Of a DNA stretch of 64,000 nt, positions 36,899 to 48,100 are shown piece by piece. How positions within the stretch are numbered: position 1 is the first letter of the stretch; the number at the start of each line of letters is the position of its first letter. The notes beneath the pieces were generated by a model. That model was not told the origin of the DNA and ran no database searches. It saw only the letters and a list, made by a program, of their open reading frames with translations. The position numbers and the translations under genes were made by a program. The DNA lies in assembly GCF_963506605.1 (NCBI RefSeq), contig NC_083288.1, positions 43,462,001 to 43,526,000 of the forward strand, given 5' to 3'. Source of the DNA: Zootoca vivipara (taxonomy: Eukaryota).

Positions 36899-38877
36899 GT
36901 TGTTGTTTTAAAAAAATAATTTTTATTAGATTTTAACAAGAAATACAGAAATACAGAAAAAAGAAAAAGAAGCACAAAAAATAAAAATACAACAATCAAA
37001 AAGACAAAAGGAAAAAGAAAAATCATTAACATCATTCTACAACTTCTAAACTAATCCCTTCAGACTTCCTCATTTCCCCTTCTTGAGTTCTTATTGTTAA
37101 AATAGTTCTTGCATTTTCCAAATCTAACTTCACATACTTTTTTCTAAATTTAAACTTCTTCATTGCTATTATCCATTCTCTTTATACTTTAACCTCTTTT
37201 TTACTAACATCCTCTCTCCAAAATTACTATTATCTAACCCCTAATCTCTTTCCCTTACCCAAAAATATATAAAGTTAACATCCAAATCTTTTACCCATTT
37301 ACTTCCACCTTCACAACAAAGTTCCCACCCCCCCTTCCCTGAAGTCGATGCCTCCAGATGTGTCAGCCAGGTTCTTCATACAATCCTTAATACATTCCGA
37401 GGTCAGACCATATTATATCAATCAATACCGAATAATCCAAATCTCCTCAACCCACCCCTAGTCTGTCCCATTCCAACTTTTGCCGAACTCTTGCCCTCCT
37501 CTTCTGTAATCCCATCACTTTATGTCTTTGCACATTATCATCCTCTTTCTGCCCCCCAACTGTTTGCATCCTCCCCTCTCCCACCGGGGTGCTGATTTTT
37601 CCAGCCTCTTTTTTGGGGTGCTTTTTTTATTTTCACCCTTTCCTGTTTCACTTCTCTCACCAGTGAAACAGTGTTTTCTCCTAATTTTCCTCCCTGTTCC
37701 ACCCCTCCCACCAGTAGAACAGTGTTCTTCTCAGAAATTAAATCAATTAATTCAGCATATTGTCCTTCAATATTGTCTTTCTCCTCTTCTAGGTTTTTTA
37801 CATACGTCACACCAGCGCAGTCCTGATCCTCCAATCTTTTTTCTTCTCCCTTCTCCTGTTTTTTTCAATTTCAATTAGTTCCTCTGTTTTAAAATCAGAA
37901 ACAAATGCATCCACAGTCTCCTCTCTCAAAAAGCTTACATCAAGCTTGGAGATACTCACTTGCTTAGTAAGTTCCAAAATTGTTACCAATATTAAGTCCC
38001 ACTGTGTGGCTTCCTGTCCACTCTCTGGACCCTTCTCTCCTAGTCCTTTGTCTAAGACCTCCTCCATCTTTGTGCAGACAGACAGTGAAGTTGTTTTTTT
38101 TGTCCAATATAGATGAAGAGTAAAAAAAAAACAGAAATCTAGTCCCACTTGGTCTCTCTCTTTACTCCTTCTTTTCCTCAAAATCAATACTGAGCAGCCT
38201 TGAAGCAAAACAAATCCTCTTTCACTGTTTACAGCTCTCAGTCTCTCACATTCAGCCAAACGCATTCCATTGTATTGTGACTTCATTCAGCAGACTGACT
38301 GATCCTTCCTTTGACCCGACTCCAGGCTCGCAGGGGGCTTTTCTCATGCTAAATCTCAGTCTTTTGCAGAGATGAATACACAGCTTACTTTTTCCTTTAC
38401 TCTGCCTCAGGAAAAAGTTCTTTTTGCAGTATTTCTGGGTTTTCCAGGCTTACTGCGTTCTTTAATTACTCAATCGGGGGGAGATGACTTTTTAATCTCC
38501 GCCTCCCACTACCAAATTCTTATTCCGAATTAATTAATGTCAACTTACTTCGTCCAGATCATAACTTTTTCAGGAAGAATCCACCGCTTGCAGGATGAAG
38601 GCTCGGGGCTTCGCTTCTTGGAGGTAACGATGGTGGTGCCCAAAATGGCTCCTGCGACTGCCATTCGGCTGACTCTCAGGAGCTCTTGCGGGCTTCCCGG
38701 GCAGCTGAGGAGTTGCTTCTGGAGCTCTGCCAGGCAAAATTTGCCCCCTGGACGCACAACCAGGGGTATTTACGGGGATCCGCATGCCCCCACGGATTCC
38801 CCCCCCCCCCCGCGATGCCAGAAACCTCAGAGTATGAGGTTTCTGCACCTCCATTCCAGCGCGGCAGACCGGAAGTC
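36899..38877 (-). mobile_element. ~2.0 kb non-autonomous L1-like retroelement, copy B
   Basis: 15-bp TSD CCAGTGTGGGCTGTT (36884-36898, 38878-38892). It starts GACTTCCGGTCTGCCGCG and ends AATAAAAATTATTTTTTTAAAACAACAAC. Broken acidic ORF, no RT. Confidence 0.87.
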
Positions 38878-39492
38878 CCAGTGTGGGCTGTTTGACGGCT
38901 GGAGAGCTTTCCCCCCTTTTATTGGTATTAATAGAGAGCCAAAGCTAGTTTCAGTGTTTGCTGTCATAAATATATCATGGAAGGTTGTGTGAGTGTTCAA
39001 GGGGATGAAAAGTAGAAAAAATAATAATATATATATATATATATACACAATCAGGCATATTGGGCATGACGAAAGATTTCCTGTCATCTGATTCTTCAAA
39101 GTCACAAGAGTTCAGAGAAGAAGGATGACTTCAATCAAACAAAGCCATTTGGCCCAGAGGATGCTGAAGTGTACATAGCATCAGAGGTGTAAAAAGGGGA
39201 GGGGGGACGGCTCGCCCTGGGTGCCACCCTGGGGGCTGACAAGATGGCCCGCTGCCTCACCCCCAGCAACCGAGGGCGTGCAGGGTGCCAGAGAGACTTC
39301 CTCCACCACTGCACAGCATGGTCACCATAGGTTGAAGAATTGTTAGCCACAGTCCCTGTGCCATGGGAGCTTACCCAGATAAGACTGAGGAATAAACACT
39401 ATGTTAGTTTGCTAGCACAACACACATTGGAGTAAGTTTCTTTGTACACTCAGGTTTAAACTGTTGCAGAACCCCACATCAATTAATACAAT

Positions 39493-40550
39493 TGTTGCGT
39501 GTTTAGACCTTTAAACCTCCCCCTTAAATAAATTCACACAAGACTCAAATTTTTGGTTTGGTTTTTGGCAGAATTTAGGCCACAACTTTATTGATTACAG
39601 TAAGTGAGTGGTTGCATAGTCTCTGGTTCGACTAGCTCCCTGCACCGTTGCAGGTAGCACTGACTCAGATCTCTATTGTAGGTCAGCCAAGGGTGAACAC
39701 CTGGAATGGCGGAAAGCCGGGGACATGCTATGTCCACCAACCAGATGTCCCCCTGGATTCTGGCACAGGCACAACCCCTCGCAGGGTTGACCAAACCATT
39801 GAGTCCCTGGAGTCCTTTAACGGAATACCCCTTCACATAGGGATGGCGAGAGCATCCTCCCCCCCATCCCTATCACCTGAACCAGAGCCTATCCACAACC
39901 TTACAAGTTGTGACGATTTGCTAGGCAGCAAGCGAAACCCAAATGGGACCACCCAATCAACCAAGTGGGGGAAATTCCTGCCATGCCCCTGTCCCAACAA
40001 CAGACGACACACGACGGCATAGCAAGGTCAAGCGCACAAACCCTAAATATAGGGAGAGGTGGGTGTTAGCATAAATCCTCTACATGGCACAGGTGCTAAC
40101 ATGTGACTATTGTTTACTTTATGTGATTGTATTCTTTCCCACGCAGGAGCCTGGATGTAACCCGACTCCTGTCATGTGATGTTCTTTCTTCCTCACTTTG
40201 CTTTCGCTTTTGACCGAGGACAGATGGCAGCTTGCATCTGTCTCTTAATAAATTAGTTTTGCAACTAATAAAAATGTGTGCTGTCTTCTGTCACGGAGGA
40301 CAGCCGCATCACAAGAATACTGGGCTTTCCACTCCAGTATTCTAACAGTGGGCGGGTGTTCCGATGCACTGACCAAGAGAGAAAGCTCAGGGTCACGTGC
40401 ATTGGCATATATAGGTCCCTTGATAATTTGGCTAGCATCCCATTGGTCAGATTAAACCCAGAAACAAGGGACCTACCAATCAGGTGTTGTGGCTATCCAA
40501 TCGTACCCACTCACAACACAAGGGTTTGGTTGCCAGGTCTCACCGCAACA
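39493..40550 (-). mobile_element. Probable solo LTR hosting a nested LTR
   Basis: TGTTGCG...CGCAACA termini and AATAAA on the minus strand near 39590. The flanks do not form a TSD. Confidence 0.6.
40064..40347 (+). mobile_element. 284-bp solo LTR
   Basis: TGTTAG...CTAACA termini, perfect 5-bp TSD GTGGG, internal AATAAA. Confidence 0.88.
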
Positions 40551-40642
40551 CGTGCCTTCTTTGAGGGAGGACACGATTTATTGAAAACAGAAAAAAATGA
40601 ATATTTCTCCTCTCCTGCCTCTGTATGCTCCCCACACCTTCT

Positions 40643-40700
<58 letters not shown>

Positions 40701-41013
40701 GTGCAAGGGGAGAAGAGGTGATCCCCCCCCCCTTTGGACATGCAGCAATGCTTATGGAATTATCTCCCCAATGCTACATTAAATTGTCCACTCACTCTGG
40801 GTAGGAAAACTTTCCCTACCCTTATTGTCCCAATTCCCAAGAAATAGAATCAATGGATCTGAAAGTTCCCCTTGTATCTTTGAGAGTAGCAATTATTTCA
40901 TCACAATGATTTTAGATCTTGATGCTAAAATGTAATACCTACAATCTGTCAAACATATTTACTTCTAGAGTTCTGAAACTGATGGCTCACAATCTAGTAA
41001 ACAAATAATAATT

Positions 41014-41061
41014 CAGTTGTCATTATCTCCCCAGTAATTATAAAAATCACCATAATCAACT
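41014..41061 (+). promoter_or_regulatory. Conserved V2R upstream motif (gene 4)
   Basis: CAGTTGTCATTATCTCCCCAGTAATTATAAAAATCACCATAATCAACT. Confidence 0.55.
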
Positions 41062-41363
41062 CATCTGGCTAGTGCTTTCCAGAATACAGTGGAAAACAGT
41101 TAAACAAGCACTTCTGAAATCATTATAAGTACCTAAGTGTTCCAGGGCACCTAATATTAGGGAGAAGAGAGAGGCAAGGCTCTGTCATTTTAGTCAGTTT
41201 CCTTCTTTCATTGTTTAGGTCAAGCTTCAAATTAGTGTCTCCTAATTAGTATTCAAGGCATGCATATGGCATGCTGTTGAGGTTAAGGATAAGATTGGAA
41301 GATGGCCCTTTGAGAAGCTCATTGGCAGAGCCAGATAACTAATCTTCAAATCCAGCCAATTTG

Positions 41364-41453
41364 CATAGCTGCCAAGTTATCCCTTTTTTAAAGGGATTTT
41401 CCCTTATGCTGAATAGGCTTCCTCGCGAGAAAAGGGAAAACTTGGCAGCTATG
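41364..41453. mobile_element. 90-bp MITE copy 3 (opposite orientation)
   Basis: Same TIRs; 6-bp flanking duplication AATTTG. Confidence 0.9.
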
Positions 41454-41601
41454 AATTTGTAGTAATAAGATCACGACATAATAGCAGCTCTGCCACATCA
41501 GGTCAAAGGCCCTCCTAGTCCAGCATTCTGTTCTTGCAGTGATCAACCAGTTAATATTGTAAACAGGAATTCCCGTGTTCCAAGGGAAGTTCAACTACAG
41601 G

Positions 41602-41810
41602 ATGTTGCTGCTGCTGCTTTTGCTGCTCCCAAATTTGGTGTGCAAAGTGCAAACAGTTAAGCTCACCAATAATAACCCTGTAGATATTCCACATGAGTGG
41701 TATGAGCTAGGCAATCTCCTCATTGGTGGGATGGTGTCTCATATGCACTATGTTTTCCCCAAAATCTTATTCAACAGACACCCTTCTCAAGTCTCCTATA
41801 AGACCCCATC
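41602..41810 (+). CDS. V2R gene 4 exon 1
   Basis: [17 protein letters not shown]...[18 protein letters not shown] donor. Confidence 0.85.
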
Positions 41811-44800
41811 GTAAGGAAATGTCCCTTGATTTCATTTTACCAATTCTTCCTATTAGTGTGGCTGTCTGCAAATTGCTTCAATTACTGTGTCAAAACAAAA
41901 GTAGACCTGCTTCTGCATGGCTGGCAGGGTGGGTGGGTGGATGGACTAGCAGTTGGAGATTTGGAAACTTAGCCTTTCGTGATCCAATTGCTCTCTGGTC
42001 TTGTTATAATAAATAGCCTACGAGAGCTTCCATGATGTAAGGGGAGTATGGGGCAGCTTTTGTACTGCACCCAAATTTCCAGACATATTCAAGCTTTATA
42101 GTTCTTTATTTCAGGAGTGGACAACTTTTACCCCATGGGACTCATGGAGCTCTCAGCTTAATAGCATATGAGTGGCACGGATGAGAAAGCATGTGGGAAA
42201 GTGAGATAGCCAAGAGGGAGAGGGAGAGAGGAATGGGAAAAAGCAGGAGGTGGGAAATAGGTCACAGGGAGACAGAGAGAAAGGTGTGCTTTTATTTAAA
42301 ATGCATCTCTGGGTTATTTGGGAGGCATAGGAATTCATTCATATTTTTTTAAAAAATATAGTCCGGCCCCCCACAAGGTCTGAGGGGCAGTGGACCGGCC
42401 CCCTGCTGAAAACGTTTGCTGACCCCTGGTGTACCCCAAGTTCAACTATTGACTCTGGCCATTGCCTTTTTCCTCACTCACCAGCTTGTAACTCCCAAAA
42501 TGCCTGCTGTATTTGTTAGGAGGTGCAAGGAAGGAAAGGGGAGCAAAAGAGTTTTAAAAATATATTGTGATGAGATGGGGAAAAAACTGTGGGTGACACA
42601 CAAATGGCCAACATGTGGACCCCACAGGTATTTCAGATGATATCAGAGAACAAATGAGGCCAAATGTGCTGGCTGCTCTATTTAAAATTGCAATCTAAGG
42701 TGCATTCTGGTTTGACAAGATCGAACTTGCTGTGTCCTTTAAAAGTTGAATGTTTTATTATCCTCTTATGGGTTTAATTTCATACATTTTTTTCTGCGAA
42801 GTTTAATTTTGCCACTCCAACCCCTTAATTGATTCTGCATTTTGTACTCCAGAAATCCCTGATAATTTTCCTGTTTTCACTCTGTGGATATTTATGGTGT
42901 ACCATTTTTAGATAACACTTTACAGTAAATGCATCAAATCTGTAGAATGCCCACCTGTCCCCAATACTTGGTGACTCCAATCTGCCTCTTCTTTTTCATG
43001 CATTGTAGTACGCGCATTTTTATTTTCAACCAAGATGTGCTGTGGATCTTTTTAAATGTACTGGAATGGTGCAATGGGTTCTTGCATAAAATGTAATAAG
43101 ACTCCAAAATTGTTCATCTGCCTTATAACACATAACCTGTAATTATTAATAGCTTGTTCTCTGCCTCTTCAAAAAGGACCTTGAGGTTAAATGGTTCTTT
43201 GGTACTTTCTCTGCCTGAGATACTTGCTGTCAATCTTTTCCTGTGGAAATGTATATACTCAACTAGTTTTTTGCTGTTGTGAATTTGCTTAGTTGTACTG
43301 AATTGAAATAATAATCCTGTTTAGGTTTTGAAAAATAATAAAATAATGTTTCTGTTAGCTAGTTTGAGTTGTTCATACTAAACATTGGGCAGCGGATTTA
43401 ATAATTAATTAATTAATTAATTGTCCATTTTCTCTGAGTCATACTAATATTATATCCTAATTATCAGTGACTTCCAGCGAAAATCAGGGTGGGAAGTTGA
43501 TGGTTAATCATTGATGAGTCATTGAAATATATGCACCTAGAGAGACATGGCTTAAAATGCCCATTTCCTAAATGATCTTCAACCTACAGTTTATCATTAG
43601 GCTTTCAACCTATAAACAGTAAGATGTAGTGAGGAAATACCCACCCATATATTATTTCATACTATCTTTTCATTTTAAATCTCCAATGCAATGTGGTTAC
43701 CAGCAAAAGGGATGCACGGTAGAACAGAATGAGAGGCTTAAAGCATCCTAGAAGGGAACACACATTTGTATAATGAAACGACTTGCTAAGGAAAAACTGG
43801 GAATGAGAGCAAAAAAATAACACTTTTCCTTTACGGAACAGAGCATAGCTCACCAGTACAGCACAGGCTGTGCATGCCAAAGGTCCCAGGTTCAGTCCCT
43901 GGTTTTTTAAATATGGAATTCGGAAATACTTTTCTCTGAAACACTGGAGAATAGCTGGCAGCTTGTAAAGAAAATACGGAGCTTGGTGTGCTGAATATGA
44001 AGCAGCTTCTCCCGTTCCTTTTATGTTCACTTACCCCGGGGTTTCAACCTATAAAAAGCTGGATTCTAAAGATACACTCAGAGGTCCAGTACTGGAGGGA
44101 GTTTTTGCAGGTTCAGGAACTCTCCAAATGTGGTAATAGTTCCAAAAAACGGTAGCATGCTACAGTAGGCATTTGTAGCTGAAGCTCAATGGTGATAAAG
44201 AGCAAAATGGACAGCACTCATGAAGTGAAATTCAAGAAAATCTATCCATTCTCTATAGATATCTCCACAGTCTGTATCTGCTGAGAGATTAAAAATCTGA
44301 TTTGAGCTACAGACTGCTCAAAACGGGCCTATCCTTATCAAAGCACAATCCAGTAAAATGGAGTCACAATGCATTTTCCTCCTTTGTTATAGAGCTTCAT
44401 TAATGACCAACTATGCTGGTTGTACCCTATATGTATACTCCGACAGCTTAATTGTTCAGATTAGAGTAGACCACTATTGAGACAAAACCGCTCTGTGTGC
44501 TGTTCAAAAGTCCCATGAAATAGCCAGCCACTTTATTTGCAGCGTGGTGACCAAGTTTTACCAGCACATCCTGGCCTTGGTGTTTGCTGTTGATGAGATC
44601 AATGATAATCCCAGGATCCTGCCCAATGTCACTCTTGGGTTCCACATCTACGACAGCTATACTGATTCAAGGATGACCTATCGTTCCACTCTGGACCTGC
44701 TCTTTAAATCATATCACTTTGTCCCAAACTACAAATGTGGCATTCAGAATAATGTCATAGGAGTAATCGGAGGACTTGAGCCTGATATTTCTTCACACTT

Positions 44801-45076
44801 GGCAGACATCTTAGGTCTTTACAAGATTCCACAGGTAGGATTTGAGTCTGGGGATAAGAGGGATTTCTTTTAATCTTTCACTACAATTCACTCTCTTTCT
44901 CTCTTTCCAGTAGGAACTTGAATGGGGAAAAGAAAAAGCTGAATTATGTGGAACTGATTGGGGGTATAACATGGATAATCAAAGATGTGAATGATAAGGG
45001 CAAGATGGCTTGCTGAATTCTATTAAATTAAGGGGAATTGCTGCACAAGTGATATGAGTGAGCAAAAGTGTGTGTG

Positions 45077-45119
<43 letters not shown>

Positions 45120-48100
45120 ATAAAATAATGCAGAGTTTTGCTTAAATTGTTGAAAATTTATAGGAGTGCACTGTAAAGGGGGAAAATAATAAATGTAAGG
45201 ATTATGGACTCCTGGTTCCACGCTAAAATGTCTGGTTGTTGTTTTAGATTTCATATGGTTCATTTGAACCAGCAGCCATTGATCAGATAAAGTTCCCTTC
45301 CTTTTACCGCATGGTTCCCAACGAAGGTGTTCAGTATCAGGGAATTCTCCAGTTACTTCTGCATTTCAGATGGAAATGGATTGGGCTCATTGCTTTAAAT
45401 GACAAAGGTGGAGAAACATTCTTGCAGACCATAGAGCCAATACTTTCCAAGCATGGAATATGTTCAGCATTCACAGAAAGAGTTCAAAAACATTTATATT
45501 TCTCAGGTGATGTACTTGAAATGGTTAATGACCTACTGAATAATTTGCCAACTTTCATGATGAGCAAGGCCAAAGCAGTTATTATATATGGAGAAAGTGG
45601 AACTGTTCGATGGTTGGGAGGTGTTATAGGAGCAGTCAAGATAATTCAACAAATGAATCCTCGGTATAAAAAGATGTTATCTCCAGAAAAGGTTTGGATT
45701 ACGACAGCCCAAATTGATTTTACATTGTACACCTTTCAAAGGATTACAGAGATTGATAGACAAATGTTCCATGGTTCTATCTCCTTCTCAATTCATGCAA
45801 AGGAGCTTCAGAATTTCAAAGAATTTCTTAAGAATATAAATCTTTCTTGGGCAGATGGAGATGGTTTTATCAATGATTTTTGGGAACAAGCATTCAGTTG
45901 TTCACTTTCAAATGCCACTGTGTCAGCAGGCATTCGAGAATGTACTGGAGAGGAGTTGCTGGAGAGCCTTCCTGCACCATTTTTTGAAATGAGCATGACT
46001 GGCCATAGCTACAGTATCTATAATGCTGTCTATGCTTTGGCACAAGCCTTACATATGACTTCCTCAACTAAAGCCAACTTCAGAAAAATGGAGCAATTTT
46101 ATCAGAAAGTGGAACCCTGGAAGGTAATGTTTCTGTACTGACATTTCTGTGATACTAGTATTCCTTTAGCAAAACAATTTACGCAGAACATGAGCACCCA
46201 GCTCTTGTCATGGTTTTCAGATTCTTACCTTCCCTTAAAATGATAGTGTTTATACCCTACCTTATCCTCCATTGTTCTTATTGAAAGTTCTTTTGACAGG
46301 AACTTCAACTGAATTTAAATTGATTCATGATTTTCCACTCTCTTCCTTTGTCGGCTACTGAAAGTCAGAAACTTTGCATTGTGAATTGTAAAGGTTCTCT
46401 GAAAGAGAAAATTAAGTAAAATCCAGCTAGGAAAACTATTTCAATAACCAATTCCTATTTTTGTTAGTCCATTTGATTCTCTTTCACTTTCCACCTAGCT
46501 CCACTCATTACTTCAAGGAATGTCATTCAACAACAGTGCTGGAGATGAAATTACATTGAATGAACATGGAGAATTGGCCACTGGATTTGATATTACAAAT
46601 TTGATCACATTCCCAAATAAATCCTACGTCAGAGTCAAAGTAGGAAGACTGGACCCTCAGGCTCCTCCTGGCAAAGAATTCACCATTGATGAGGCCAGAA
46701 TTGAATGGCACAGAAGTTTGACTCAGGTGGATAATAAATGCATTTTCTGTCAAATTATTACTATTACTATTATTATTATTATTATTAATACCCCACCCAT
46801 CTGGCTGGGATTCCCCAGCCACTCTGGACAGTTTCCAACAGGTTATTAAAAACAGAATAAAACATCTACCATTAAAAACTTCCCTAAACAGGGCTGCCTT
46901 CAAATGTCTTCTAAAAGACTTGCACACGAAAGCTCATACCAAAATAAAAACTTAGTTGGTCTTTAAGGTGCTACTGAAGGAATTTTTTTTATTTTTCTAA
47001 AAGTCAGATAGTTGTTTATTTCATTGACATCTGATGGGAAGGTATTCCACAGAGCGGGCACCACTACCGAGAAGGCCCTCTGCCTGATTCCCTGTAACCT
47101 TACTTCTCGCATTGAGGGAACTGCCAGAAGGCCCTCGGAGCTGGACCTCAATGTCTGTGCAGAACAATGGGGGGTTGAGACGCAACTTCAGGAATTCACT
47201 GTCATCCAGAAAATGATATGAAGTATAAGCACCTCCCCACTTGTGCACGATCTACTTGCATATGACTGCATACCTGTGCAGTACGGGTGACCCAGAAATG
47301 GCAGGAAAGAGCTGGAAAGTCCTCATGGCTCACGAGGAGACCATAGCTGCCAGGTTTTCCCTTTTCTCGCGAGGAAGCCTATTCAGCATAAGGGAAAATC
47401 CCTGTAAAAAAGGGATAACTTGGCAGCTATGGGAGACTCTCCCCGAAGCCCAAAAGGACATCCTCCTGGGCAGTGTCCCCCCCCCCCGGGAAAATAGGTG
47501 CCAGTACTCATTCTGAAGTTGTTACAGTAAGTGCCACACTTTTTACAACACAAAAAGAGGTGCCGGTTCATACCCTCTTGGGGGGGGGGAGGGCAGTACT
47601 GCTCTTAAGGCTCTGGAAGGAGTCTCCTTGAAAGCCAGAGGCACAGTGGGGCTTTGTTGAGGCTTCTCAGCCTCCCCACCTAACAGCTGGTGCATTCTTC
47701 GGGCTCTGGGGAGGATTTCCTCATGACCCATGGCGACTCTCCAGGGTGCTCCCCACTTACATGCATTTCGCTTATGTAGGGGAGAGCTCAGAATGTAGCC
47801 CCCCCACACACACACACACAATTTGGAGAGTCGCCTGGAATTTTTTTAAAAAGCATTTATTAACATAATGCATGATTAAAATTGAATATCAGTGGAATGC
47901 CATATTTTATGGGCATATTGCAGACATGACTATTATATGAAAGGTGAATATTTCATTGGTGACAAGCTATCATTTGAAGAACTCTCTTTATGTATGCCCA
48001 ACTCCTTAAGATCATTGTTGGCAGTTCTGCTTTTTGGGCTACTCTTTAAATGAGTTATGTACATACACAGCTACTAGGGATACACAGCTACTAGGGACAG

